Positions 30,705 through 40,275 of a DNA stretch of 64,000 nt are shown one piece after another. Origin of the DNA: a virus; IMG/VR virus record IMGVR_UViG_3300028835_001449, positions 6,859 through 70,858 of that record, one strand, 5' to 3'. Within the stretch, counting starts at the first letter, position 1. Each line of letters opens with the position of its first letter. Under the pieces are notes generated by a model. The model was given only the letters and a program-made list of their open reading frames with translations. It had not been told where the DNA came from and ran no database searches. A program made the position numbers and the translations under genes.

Positions 30705-31098
30705 CCCTTATCCTGCTTTTAATATCGGACGAGCTGTGCTTCGGATAATACGGGAACACTATCACTCGGATTCCCATGTCTCTTATAAACTTCACATATT
30801 TGTCGTCAACGTGTTCGTGATCCCCACTCTCTACCAAGATGTCTGGCTGAATATGTGCTATGTTTTTCATCGGATCATACTCATCCTGTGCCACTACAAC
30901 ATCGACCATTTCCAGGGACCGAACCAAATCAAACCTCTCGTCGAAACTTATCGCGGGCTTTTTCTTTTTCTCCATCACTGCACCATCAGTCAGGACACCG
31001 ACAACCAGCTTATCGCCCAACGCCTTCGCATTCTTCAAATGCTCAATATGACCTTTGTGCAGAATGTCACCGCAAACGTAGGCATAAACTACAATCAT
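30697..31098 (-). CDS. Cytidylyl/adenylyltransferase (HxGH family)
   Basis: GDILHKGH, LVVGVLTD, ER..LV, HSSSDIK. Confidence 0.88.
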   Translation of the reverse strand: MIVVYAYVCGDILHKGHIEHLKNAKALGDKLVVGVLTDGAVMEKKKKPAISFDERFDLVRSLEMVDVVVAQDEYDPMKNIAHIQPDILVESGDHEHVDDKYVKFIRDMGIRVIVFPYYPKHSSSDIKSRIRDG

Positions 31099-31514
31099 CG
31101 CTTCCCCCGCTTCATCCTATCCCAAACAAACTCATTGAAGACGTAACATACGTGCTTGATCCCGATATAGGTCAGAGTGATAGCGGTCATCTGCTTCCAG
31201 CTTCCAGTGACAAGATAAGAAATCGTCCCAAGAATCACGTTCCCGCAAAGCGTCTCGTAAGTGAGCATCTTGAGAATCGATCGGGTCGTTAGATTCTGGA
31301 TCCTTTTAACTTTCAGCCACAGCCTTTCGTGAAAATAGAAGACGACAAGGAACACCCCGTGGTGAATGACTGTTATAAGTCCAGTTTGGATCCACTTCCT
31401 CGTGTAGGCGTAAGTCACAATCGCCAAAATCACGACACCCATGATACGCCAAATCACACTCTTCGATGCTGATCTAGCTCGAGTCTCCATCATCTCCTTT
31501 GCGCCTCCCTCCAA
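31095..31514 (-). CDS. DUF2061-like membrane protein (tandem)
   Basis: ETRARSASKSVIWR...YFHERLW repeated as RSILKMLTY...FNEFVW. Confidence 0.7.
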   Translation of the reverse strand: MEGGAKEMMETRARSASKSVIWRIMGVVILAIVTYAYTRKWIQTGLITVIHHGVFLVVFYFHERLWLKVKRIQNLTTRSILKMLTYETLCGNVILGTISYLVTGSWKQMTAITLTYIGIKHVCYVFNEFVWDRMKRGKR

Positions 31515-32224
31515 TCGAATCGTTTATAAATGCTCACATCGTTGCCCACGTTGTGAAACCAGCACCGAAAGACTCTTACATCGATAGTCTTGAACCCCAA
31601 ACGTTTTGCGACCATCAATCGGTGAGTACCCTGATGCATGTGCCTGCAGTTTTTACACCACCAGATGGGCCACCACTTCCAAATCTTGAACTCACGTATC
31701 AACCGCTCAACTGTCGGCTCTGTCATACGTCCCTTCTTCTCCACTTTGGGAAAGAATCGATTTACGAAGAGCGGAAAGTCGAGAGGGAGCTCAACGATCG
31801 TGTGTTCGTCATAATCGTGAGGTTGACGCTTTCCGTCCCACACAACTCTTGGCATTCGTCTCGCCACAATTATTTCCTTCGAACCCCCACCACGAGAAGT
31901 GCTCTCAATAGTGTACGTCAGATCGTTAAGTGCACGTTCGGCTTTCAATGGTGTCTGAGTGGTTAAACCCCCGATCACAGACGGCTTCGGTCCGTAGGTG
32001 AAAAAGTAGTGTCGATACGTCCAGTCAAAATTCAGTTTTATTATTAACTTATCCCTGCTCAAAAATGCGAGCTTTCGCACCAGATCACTGGCTGCCTTCG
32101 GGTGGATACGTGGAAGGCGATCCAAACATTGCACAGTATCGTACGTTTTCTCATCCTCTTTCTTCGGATCGAGCCTCATCAACGGATCGACCCGTCTTGC
32201 GTCAAAAACCTTCTCAGATGTCAT
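31490..32224 (-). CDS. Protein with C-terminal ParB/Srx-like domain
   Basis: HQGTHRLMVAKRLGFKTIDV matches the ParB/Srx xGxHR motif. Confidence 0.5.
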   Translation of the reverse strand: MTSEKVFDARRVDPLMRLDPKKEDEKTYDTVQCLDRLPRIHPKAASDLVRKLAFLSRDKLIIKLNFDWTYRHYFFTYGPKPSVIGGLTTQTPLKAERALNDLTYTIESTSRGGGSKEIIVARRMPRVVWDGKRQPHDYDEHTIVELPLDFPLFVNRFFPKVEKKGRMTEPTVERLIREFKIWKWWPIWWCKNCRHMHQGTHRLMVAKRLGFKTIDVRVFRCWFHNVGNDVSIYKRFDWREAQRR

Positions 32225-33461
32225 CGTACTGTTCCTTCAACCTTGTAAGATAGCCGCGTTCCAAGTCTTCATCGTGGATTTGAGTGCCAGGTGTTTCGTC
32301 TCTACTTTGAGAAAAGTCATACAGCTCGGTTGATACTCTCCCTCGAACATCTCTATTGTACAGAAACTTGTAATCCCTATGCCTGAGCCCTCGAATGAAG
32401 ACGTTGAGGGAGGGTAGCTTCTTCCAATACTCCTCTTTTTTATCGAGAACCCGCCACTGACGAGTGAACTCAAAGAAGGCCGTTCTGTCTTTATCTCTTG
32501 AGAATAGGTTGATACCATCTCCGTCTCGTTGCTCATTCAAAATCGTCGGTGCAATGTCAACTACGGGCGAAACTAAATCGTCGATTTCCTCTAACCCGGA
32601 GGGCCGGCCAGGCCAATAAACAAAGAAAGGTATGGACATAATCTCCTCGTAACAGTTTATCGCGTGCCCGCACCAGTTATGTTCCCAAAGAGCTTCACCA
32701 TGATCACTCAAAAAGAAGATCGCCGTATCCTCATGCAGTTTCTCATCCACAAACCATTTGAGAAAGTGTTTTAGCTTCTTATCATACTGCTTTAACTGCG
32801 CTCTGCAAAGTTTGAAAAGTTTTTCTTGAGGATACTGATCCCGGTGAAGATGGACGTACTTCAAAAAAGACATCCTTCCGCCTCCCGGAATCCGCTGACG
32901 CCACTCCCTTGAAATTCTTCCATCACGGGGCCACACACCGTAAGGCTCGTGACCGCTGTCAAAATCCCAAGTGAAATAGCAGAACGGTTTTTCCAGCGGT
33001 TCAGTCCGCAACACGTCTAACTGAAAAAAGTTAGACTCATCCCAGAAAATCGATTTGTCAAAGAGATGATATGCAGACTTTGCAAGATACCTCCAGACAT
33101 ACTCCCCGCCGAAAAACTTATTCACGTATCCCTTCTTTTTAAGCTTCGTTATCAAAAAATCATCATCCGAGCACTTGACCGCCCGCAAAGACTCGTGTTC
33201 TTTCAGCAAACGATGGAGATGTTTAACATAAGTGATGTCGTACAGCCCGTTATGATAGGGCAGCAACCCCGTATAGAGAGACATCTGAACGGGAAGCGTC
33301 CACGTAGCAACCGAGTAAGCGTTCATAAATTTCATTCCACCGTACTTAGACAAAAACCGATGAAAGCAGGGCATCAAAGTCGGATCGTTAGCGAGGTCAG
33401 CCCTGAGAGCATCGGTCGTCACTATGATATAGTTCATTTTTTCTTCCAAGCTTCTATCCAC
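32214..33461 (-). CDS. Sulfatase/alkaline-phosphatase-superfamily hydrolase or transferase
   Basis: TDALRAD, ATWTLP..SLYTG, GHEPY, LSDHGE, WCGH, DIAPTIL. Confidence 0.85.
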   Translation of the reverse strand: MDRSLEEKMNYIIVTTDALRADLANDPTLMPCFHRFLSKYGGMKFMNAYSVATWTLPVQMSLYTGLLPYHNGLYDITYVKHLHRLLKEHESLRAVKCSDDDFLITKLKKKGYVNKFFGGEYVWRYLAKSAYHLFDKSIFWDESNFFQLDVLRTEPLEKPFCYFTWDFDSGHEPYGVWPRDGRISREWRQRIPGGGRMSFLKYVHLHRDQYPQEKLFKLCRAQLKQYDKKLKHFLKWFVDEKLHEDTAIFFLSDHGEALWEHNWCGHAINCYEEIMSIPFFVYWPGRPSGLEEIDDLVSPVVDIAPTILNEQRDGDGINLFSRDKDRTAFFEFTRQWRVLDKKEEYWKKLPSLNVFIRGLRHRDYKFLYNRDVRGRVSTELYDFSQSRDETPGTQIHDEDLERGYLTRLKEQYDDI

Positions 33462-34279
33462 GGGGCTAGGTCTTCCATCGTTGGATGTGGAGGCAAAGAT
33501 ACGCTCAGTCTCTCCAACTCCTGACTCACCTCCCCTTCCCCTTTTAACCAGAGCGGGTGTTTATCCTTCTTGAATCTCTCCCACTCATAAGGTTTGTACC
33601 CACGCCCCGCCGCTTGGCTCCCTCCTCTTTCGACCATACACTTCGCCTTGAAAAGCCTCCGCTCGTACGGCGCAAAATCGTGGAAGTGATAAAAGAACAC
33701 GTCACTAAGAACAGTCCGCTCGGGGCTGGGTGACGTCTTCCAGTTTGACTTCCCCGGAATGCCAACTGAGGACTTTCTTATCACTGCAATTCCGGGGACA
33801 AGTCTGAACGCACGACAATTGAGAGGCCCGCCTGAAACGCGCGTCCCCTTTAAACACCTATAAAAAGTAACTCCGTGATAACTAAAAGACATAATGCGAT
33901 GATCGGCATTGTTGTTCCTGATGTGTTCGAGCAACCGTCGCAGATATTTGGAGTCAAAAATCTCATCTGAGTCATGCAAAATGCACCAGTTATCAAAACT
34001 CTTCTCCATCTTGTCAATACAAGCTTGCCTGTGGTCCCTTTCACCGTATGCTATGTACATACTTCCGTCAGGTCTTCCGATAGGCCGTGGGTAGGCTCCC
34101 TTGAACAACTTCACCTTCTCCCCCACAGCCGTAGCGATCTCAGCAGTTCTGTCAGTGGACGGACCGTGAGCAGAGCCGTCAACCACTATGATCTCGTCTA
34201 CAAGGTCATAGACGCTTTTCAGACAGGCTCCAATCAAACATTCCTCGTTGTACGTAGTCGTCTCGACATAGATTTTCAT
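33434..34279 (-). CDS. GT2-like glycosyltransferase
   Basis: TYNEE..I..CL.S...VDEIIVVDG..STDRT, HDSDE, FYH. Confidence 0.82.
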   Translation of the reverse strand: MKIYVETTTYNEECLIGACLKSVYDLVDEIIVVDGSAHGPSTDRTAEIATAVGEKVKLFKGAYPRPIGRPDGSMYIAYGERDHRQACIDKMEKSFDNWCILHDSDEIFDSKYLRRLLEHIRNNNADHRIMSFSYHGVTFYRCLKGTRVSGGPLNCRAFRLVPGIAVIRKSSVGIPGKSNWKTSPSPERTVLSDVFFYHFHDFAPYERRLFKAKCMVERGGSQAAGRGYKPYEWERFKKDKHPLWLKGEGEVSQELERLSVSLPPHPTMEDLAPWIEAWKKK

Positions 34280-35487
34280 TAGAACTCTCCAAATGTTTCC
34301 TTTAGCATGGCTAGATACTTTGTTTCGTAAACCTTATTATGAAGACGGGATCTATCATCCTCCACATGGGTGTTAGACAGATCGTAAAGCTCCGTCGTTG
34401 CCTCGTCTTTGATTGTCTTCTTAAAAATGAACTTGAAATTCTGATGCCTGACTCCCCGCACGCATCTCGTCCTCGGATACCGGGGATCGGCAAGGGCTTT
34501 CGCCTTGTTACCAGCTGGATCCTTCACCCTGGTAAATTCAAAAAACACAGCTCTGTCCTTCTGCCGGTTAAAAAGATTAACACCATCGCCAAACCTGTCC
34601 TGCCCCAATATCGTTGGAGCAATGTCCACGATGGATACAATATCAGTAACAGTGTGAAGGCCCTTCACTTCAGGAGTGCAAACTACCAGAGGCACCCGCA
34701 CAATCTCCTCGTAGACATTCTGTACGTGTCCGACCCAATTATGATCCCACAAACAGGTCCCATGATCGCTCGTAAGGATAACTGTCGTGTTCTCATGAAG
34801 CTTTACTGCTACCAACCAGTTAAGGAACGTCCCCAGTTTCTCGTCATACTGCTTCACCTGCTCACAGCAACATTCATAAAGTCTCTCCTTACTCCATTCT
34901 GCTCGGTTCCTCCACAAATGAAGGTAAGTGATGGGCTGATGGGTTTCCTTCCACCTCATCCATGAGCTGAGCGTTGTACGGGGATACCTGCCAAAAGGAT
35001 CGTGCCCTCCATCATGATCGTAAATATGATAGAAAAAGGGTGACGGGTGAGGCTCTTTCAAAAACTTTGACGGCTGAAAATATCGGAAGTCCCAACGAAC
35101 ATACCTGGCAAAATGATGGTTTGCAGTATTAGCTAACGATTTGGATACTTGGTCAACTGAGAAAAGCACGGTGCGATAGCCAGACATTTTAAGTCTCCAA
35201 GGAAGAAAATCAGCATCCTGACACTTGCTTGCCCTCCAGTACCTCGGGTCCTTTTTCATCGCCTGCTCGGGTGTTGAATAAGTAATGTCATCAACACCAT
35301 TATTTGATGGCAATCTCCCTGTGTAAAGAGACATTAAAGCAGCAAGCGTCCACGTCGTCGTAGTATAGGCATTCGTGAACTCCATTCCCCCAAACTGATT
35401 AAGAAATTTATAGACATTGGGCATTAATAATGGGTCGAGAGCAAAGTCTGCCCTCATCCCATCCGTCATGATAACTATGTAATTCAT
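34279..35487 (-). CDS. Second sulfatase-superfamily enzyme (paralog of 32214..33461)
   Basis: TDGMRAD, TTWTLAA..SLYTG, GHDPF, TSDHG, WVGH, DIAPTIL; likely start MNYIV at 35487. Confidence 0.85.
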   Translation of the reverse strand: MNYIVIMTDGMRADFALDPLLMPNVYKFLNQFGGMEFTNAYTTTTWTLAALMSLYTGRLPSNNGVDDITYSTPEQAMKKDPRYWRASKCQDADFLPWRLKMSGYRTVLFSVDQVSKSLANTANHHFARYVRWDFRYFQPSKFLKEPHPSPFFYHIYDHDGGHDPFGRYPRTTLSSWMRWKETHQPITYLHLWRNRAEWSKERLYECCCEQVKQYDEKLGTFLNWLVAVKLHENTTVILTSDHGTCLWDHNWVGHVQNVYEEIVRVPLVVCTPEVKGLHTVTDIVSIVDIAPTILGQDRFGDGVNLFNRQKDRAVFFEFTRVKDPAGNKAKALADPRYPRTRCVRGVRHQNFKFIFKKTIKDEATTELYDLSNTHVEDDRSRLHNKVYETKYLAMLKETFGEF

Positions 35488-36302
35488 TTCGTCTTGTACC
35501 CCAATTCCTTGCAAAACCCACTCATCTCTGCCTTGATCACCACCCTCTTCTCCTCCTCAAGTGCGGAAAACCTGTTAACAGGTGTCACAATTTTCGTACT
35601 CGTAATCTTCCGGCCCATAGCTGGAAGCTTGCCTTTTGCCGCCCGGAAAAGAATATGGTTAATGGCAGTTAAAGATGCAGTAGCTTTGAAATGTGCGAGG
35701 ATAAGACCAAGAGTGTCCATTGGCCGAAGCAAAAACTCCTCGAATTTCACCTTCACCGATCTACCGTCAGGGAGTGCTTGAAGCAGTTCCTTCCGATGAT
35801 ACCGTTTTATCATATCACACAGTTGAGGTATCTCACCCGGGAAAATGTGCTTAGCCTGATCCCACGGATCATTATCTATGTGATGAAGAACTGAAGCTGT
35901 TAAATCGTAAGGATGGCGAAGCAAGATAATGAACTTGGCATCGGGAAACATTTCGGCAAGACGGTGATAATAAGGAGACAGAGATGGATGCTTCAGTACA
36001 GCCATTTTCTTGCCAAATCTCCCTGCCAATTCACGATAGAAATGCTTAATAAAGAAAGCGGTTGATCTATCATACAAAGCTTTGATTTCCGCTTTTGGAA
36101 TTTTAAGCGTCTCCTCATAATGCCTTTCGTAACGTGCTGTCTTAGCGATCAAGCGATAAAGATGATCAGGCTCCTCAAACCCGGTTTCGATTTCTTCGTG
36201 TCCTCGAAGAAGGGAGAGGAGCAATGTTGTGCCACTCCGGTTGAACCCAAGAATGAAGTGAACCGGGAACTCCCAGATTCTCTTCAACTCGTCTTCGGCC
36301 AT
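35484..36302 (-). CDS. Sulfotransferase (Sulfotransfer_3 type)
   Basis: GFNRSGTTLL, KHP, FPDAKFIILLRHPYD..AS, KFEEF; start approximate. Confidence 0.85.
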   Translation of the reverse strand: MAEDELKRIWEFPVHFILGFNRSGTTLLLSLLRGHEEIETGFEEPDHLYRLIAKTARYERHYEETLKIPKAEIKALYDRSTAFFIKHFYRELAGRFGKKMAVLKHPSLSPYYHRLAEMFPDAKFIILLRHPYDLTASVLHHIDNDPWDQAKHIFPGEIPQLCDMIKRYHRKELLQALPDGRSVKVKFEEFLLRPMDTLGLILAHFKATASLTAINHILFRAAKGKLPAMGRKITSTKIVTPVNRFSALEEEKRVVIKAEMSGFCKELGYKTK

Positions 36303-36481
36303 AATGTTTTCCTCTCCCGCTTCCAATGTCGGCACGCCGACATTGTTGGTCTTACCTTCTTCCGTCTCACCTTATGGTTCGTACAATACCACTCGCCGAA
36401 CTCAGCTCGCATCTTTTCAAGGCAAGTTGGAAGAACTAAGAACCAATGACAATTTTCGCACTTCTTTAAGCACTTCTTCAA
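36284..36481 (-). CDS. Small Cys-rich protein
   Basis: CENC...C...C..H...C; overlaps both neighbours. Confidence 0.4.
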   Translation of the reverse strand: MKKCLKKCENCHWFLVLPTCLEKMRAEFGEWYCTNHKVRRKKVRPTMSACRHWKRERKTLWPKTS

Positions 36482-39266
36482 CTGATAACCTCTTTAAACA
36501 ATCTGCATAATCAATATTCTCCTTCTCCCGATGAGGAGCATCGCCAAAACACAATGTCGAAAAATCACAAAAATCTTCCTCCAATGTTTGACAATGACCC
36601 TGAATCGGAATCATCGAAGGAAACATCTTAATAAATACCCTGCCATCACGATTACTGAATATTGTTAAGACCGGCTTGTCCAAAGCCCCTGCTACGTTTG
36701 ATATACCTGTGTCGGGGGCGATAACAAAATCACACTCGGAAATGAGTGCCGAAGCATGCCGGAATGAATAAGGATAAGCCCCAGACATTAACTTCTTTTT
36801 CTCATCAAGCACAATAATAGATAGACTCTCATCCTTCAATGCCCTAACTAACTCTTTCATATATGGCCATGTCTTCAGCTTGTTGCTTGCGGTCTGAGTA
36901 ATACAAACTTTCTGACCCTTCGGCAGAGTCTTCCACATATCTCTCGCCCACTGTGCTTCATGCGGAAGGACAAAATAATCTGGCTTTAGTCCATCCTTGA
37001 CACCCAACATATCGAGATAAATCTGCGTCCTCGGCCGCTGAATATGCCCAAAATTTTGCATCTCCTGAAGCTCTACCCTGAATTCTAAATCTGTCAAATC
37101 TATTGAATAGTCGCCAACTTGTCTCGAAATACTATCACTCACCTCATCAATATATGGATAAGATTGAAGAAGGGTCACGAACTCAGTTGGCACTACGTAA
37201 ATAACTGTGACTGCCTGTCCGAACTGCTTCTTTAACGCCCTTGCCACAACTGTTATGAAAATGATGTCGCCATAGCCGCCCATTGCGCGCCTGACAATTA
37301 CACGACACTTCTTCTCCCTCTCGATTATCTGATTTATCTCTTCGATAACGGTCATCCCTTTCACCCGAGTCTGCCATTCAATGCCCAAATTTCCAAGCCT
37401 CTGCTCTTCGTGAGGAAGAAATCCCCACTTCTCCTTATACCGCTTAATATTCCGTGCCCAGGTGACATCCTTGGTTCTCTTCGCCTCCACATTCATTGAT
37501 TCGACGGCGCCGAGAGCATGATAAAACAAAGCCTGACTTGAATGTAGAAACTTCTGACCAGCAAGTCGAATTCGAAGTGTGTAATCATTATCCTCGATGT
37601 ATCTTGGGGTGAAGCTCTCATCAAACTTACCCACTTTTTCAAGACACTCCCTTGACAAGAGCGTTGCTGAATACGAACCCGCAGGAATATCTACAATTTC
37701 CTTCGTCTCCCAATCCGCATCTGATACGCCTTCATCAACTGCCCAAGGAGGAACATTTTTAATGGGACTAGACATACATCCAAAACACCCAGTCTTATCT
37801 GCTACGTTAATCAAGACATCCAATGTATCATAGCGAAGAACGAGGTCATTATTTAACAAAATCATATACTTGTAATTGCCCTTCAAACACTCATCAATAC
37901 CGATATTCTGAGCGCTTGCGACACTCGACTGCTTGGACACAAACTTAATGCCCTTCTCTTTCAACCATTCCTGAGTGCCGTCCGTTGACACATTATCCAC
38001 AACAAACAGATCATAGTCATGCCAACACCGAATTGATGCTATTGCCTTCTTCGTAAAAGATAAGAGATTGAAAGTTAACATTACGAGCAGTACACGCCGT
38101 GTATCTGTCTTCACCCGTTCAATCTCCGCTAACACAGTACTTGGATCGAGTGCCTCTAAACACTTCGAATACCCACCATCTTCTTTTTCTTTTGTTGACC
38201 TGCCTGGAATGCAGTCGAGTTTATGCCAGCAGGGTTGCTTCTTTAATTTAACTGTGCATGGTGCCTGAATAACCGATGCCTTCTCATAATCCTCACAGAA
38301 AATGTGACCATCTGTCGGGCCGTAAATGCCAATAATCTTTTTGTCCAGTGCTCCTGCCAAGTGTGAGTGAAGCGAATCATTAGTGACGACAATATCACAC
38401 TGTTCTATTAACGCTGCCAGTTCTCTAATCGTATATTTAAAAGTAAAATCTTTTTCCCCCGTTTCATCAAGAATAATCACACCATAATCCCGTGTGCTAA
38501 GTTCCATAGCCACGTCAGCCATGAATGGATATGTCTTTGACCGAACGGATGCTCTCGTCTGAATTCCGACTAACGGGCGACGCAGCTTTCCAACAAACTT
38601 TTTTGCCCATTTTCGCTCGGCTGAAGACACGATGTATACCGGGCGTTTATCTATTGGATATAAGCCTAGCTGTGCTAAATAAATTGCCGTCCTGTTCTTT
38701 CTATGCCGTTTCTTTTCCCAATCCTTCGGTTCGCACTTCAACTTGACATTATCTGTGTTAAGCAGGACATCATAACCCTTTGGTGTTTTCCCCTCTTCGA
38801 TAATATAGATGTCACGAACGTATGGATTGAACTTCCAAAACGGCAGATATAACCTTGGAATCCGAATATCAACTATAGCTCGATCACCTAAAACATCCTT
38901 ATATGCCTTTGGAATTGCTGTCGCAAGTACATGATCTCCTCTATTCCCCACTGTCCGTTCAAGCAGAACAGTAACTTTGCCTTTCCTATCAAGCATCGCT
39001 TCTGCGTCCTTCTGGGCATTCCATAATTCGGGGCTGACAAAGTAAGCTGGAATATCCATCTTCTCCACGGTGTCCTTGAACTTTGTCTCACCGGGCATGA
39101 CTGTTATCGGATCGCGATTAGAGTCATAGTAAACCTGTGGAGCTTTGCTCGTATTTGCATATAATAACCGCTTATACGACCGATAAAAACCTGTACCTTT
39201 TGCTCCCAATTCCGTTCCTAACTTTTCCACATTACTTTCTCCAATGCTGAATTTACTGCTTCCCAA
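36417..39266 (-). CDS. Multidomain glycosyltransferase: shared N-terminal motif + GT9 + GT2 + GT9
   Basis: GNRGDHVL...NDSLHSHLAGA..K..IGIYGPT; VVDNVSTDGT, LLNND, YIEDND; GGYGDII...PDTGISNVAGA. Confidence 0.88.
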   Translation of the reverse strand: MGSSKFSIGESNVEKLGTELGAKGTGFYRSYKRLLYANTSKAPQVYYDSNRDPITVMPGETKFKDTVEKMDIPAYFVSPELWNAQKDAEAMLDRKGKVTVLLERTVGNRGDHVLATAIPKAYKDVLGDRAIVDIRIPRLYLPFWKFNPYVRDIYIIEEGKTPKGYDVLLNTDNVKLKCEPKDWEKKRHRKNRTAIYLAQLGLYPIDKRPVYIVSSAERKWAKKFVGKLRRPLVGIQTRASVRSKTYPFMADVAMELSTRDYGVIILDETGEKDFTFKYTIRELAALIEQCDIVVTNDSLHSHLAGALDKKIIGIYGPTDGHIFCEDYEKASVIQAPCTVKLKKQPCWHKLDCIPGRSTKEKEDGGYSKCLEALDPSTVLAEIERVKTDTRRVLLVMLTFNLLSFTKKAIASIRCWHDYDLFVVDNVSTDGTQEWLKEKGIKFVSKQSSVASAQNIGIDECLKGNYKYMILLNNDLVLRYDTLDVLINVADKTGCFGCMSSPIKNVPPWAVDEGVSDADWETKEIVDIPAGSYSATLLSRECLEKVGKFDESFTPRYIEDNDYTLRIRLAGQKFLHSSQALFYHALGAVESMNVEAKRTKDVTWARNIKRYKEKWGFLPHEEQRLGNLGIEWQTRVKGMTVIEEINQIIEREKKCRVIVRRAMGGYGDIIFITVVARALKKQFGQAVTVIYVVPTEFVTLLQSYPYIDEVSDSISRQVGDYSIDLTDLEFRVELQEMQNFGHIQRPRTQIYLDMLGVKDGLKPDYFVLPHEAQWARDMWKTLPKGQKVCITQTASNKLKTWPYMKELVRALKDESLSIIVLDEKKKLMSGAYPYSFRHASALISECDFVIAPDTGISNVAGALDKPVLTIFSNRDGRVFIKMFPSMIPIQGHCQTLEEDFCDFSTLCFGDAPHREKENIDYADCLKRLSVEEVLKEVRKLSLVLSSSNLP

Positions 39267-40192
39267 ACCTTTGCCTTCGGCACTCTCATGCAGTCGATAT
39301 TCATATGACAGGTATCAGCCTTTTCAAAACATGGAGTGCATCCCACCATTTCACTCATTGACACTTCAGATACCCCGTCGGGGAAGAGCGGATGATAACA
39401 CAGCCGTTCCTTCCCACGGGTCGGACCTGACAGGAAAACAACGGGGGTACGATAGAAATGTGCAATCCAAAGCGGCGCCGTGTCCATAGTTATAACTGCT
39501 CGTGCCTGCCTAATCTTATCCAATAACTCTTGCTCTGGAATATGTTGATTATGATTGATATGACAAACCTTGTTAAACCGTGAAACCAGTTTTTTCTCAA
39601 TGTATGATGCTGTTTCATCTTCCAAAGCTTTCTTACGTGTATTGCCCGCAGAACAGAAGACCACACCATGCTTACCCGGTGAAATTTCTTCCTCGTTCCA
39701 CACGGGCAACTCCCCCGATTTAAGTCCAAGAAATTCCCGATAGATGTCAACCCTGTGCTTTACTGAGTATTTTGGGTCTTGATGGTCCCGTTCTAAAATG
39801 TCATTGAGTATAATCCCCACATCATAGTGCTTGGGGTTTGTGTAAATCCTGTAGGAAATGGCATTAAAGACATCTCCTGATAGCTCTCTTAGAATAATGC
39901 TCGTCATGAAACGCCCACTTGTGACTAATACTACCTTTGACCCCGAGTATTTATCCTTGAACTCCCGCATAACAGGAATGAGCATAAGGATATCCCCCAA
40001 AGCATAGCTTCGAACAATTACATACGTTAAATTTGGTTTTAAATAGGGCGTTATCTTATCAATACGATGAACATTTGGAATTGATGGCGGTGACGGCTGG
40101 ATATCTACAATAAAATGTGGCGGAACCTCAATGGGTTCTCTGTTCTCATTATAAAACACCTGCAGACCGTTACCGTTGTAAATCACCAGCAC
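39218..40192 (-). CDS. GT9 (heptosyltransferase-like) glycosyltransferase with shared N-terminal motif
   Basis: RSYALGDILM, MDTAPLWIA, LSGPT, CTPC...C...CM. Confidence 0.85.
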   Translation of the reverse strand: MLVIYNGNGLQVFYNENREPIEVPPHFIVDIQPSPPSIPNVHRIDKITPYLKPNLTYVIVRSYALGDILMLIPVMREFKDKYSGSKVVLVTSGRFMTSIILRELSGDVFNAISYRIYTNPKHYDVGIILNDILERDHQDPKYSVKHRVDIYREFLGLKSGELPVWNEEEISPGKHGVVFCSAGNTRKKALEDETASYIEKKLVSRFNKVCHINHNQHIPEQELLDKIRQARAVITMDTAPLWIAHFYRTPVVFLSGPTRGKERLCYHPLFPDGVSEVSMSEMVGCTPCFEKADTCHMNIDCMRVPKAKVWEAVNSALEKVMWKS

Positions 40193-40205
40193 CTCGGTTA
40201 AATAG

Positions 40206-40239
40206 CAGAGAGGACTCCCTGCGAAAGAAGTCCTCTCGC
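40206..40239 (-). terminator. Hairpin downstream of major capsid gene (weak intrinsic terminator)
   Basis: GAGAGGACT...AGTCCTCTC inverted repeat, poor U-tract on minus strand. Confidence 0.6.
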
Positions 40240-40275
40240 TTATTTTTAAAAGCCTGAACTCAAACTCGGTTAAAC

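Noticed and set aside
21703-40192. Bacterial LPS/capsule locus or chimeric assembly
   Set aside because: Flanked in order by capsid and neck genes, same strand and RBS style, shares the N-terminal motif with phage genes, and lacks export/polymerase genes; read mapping would be the definitive check
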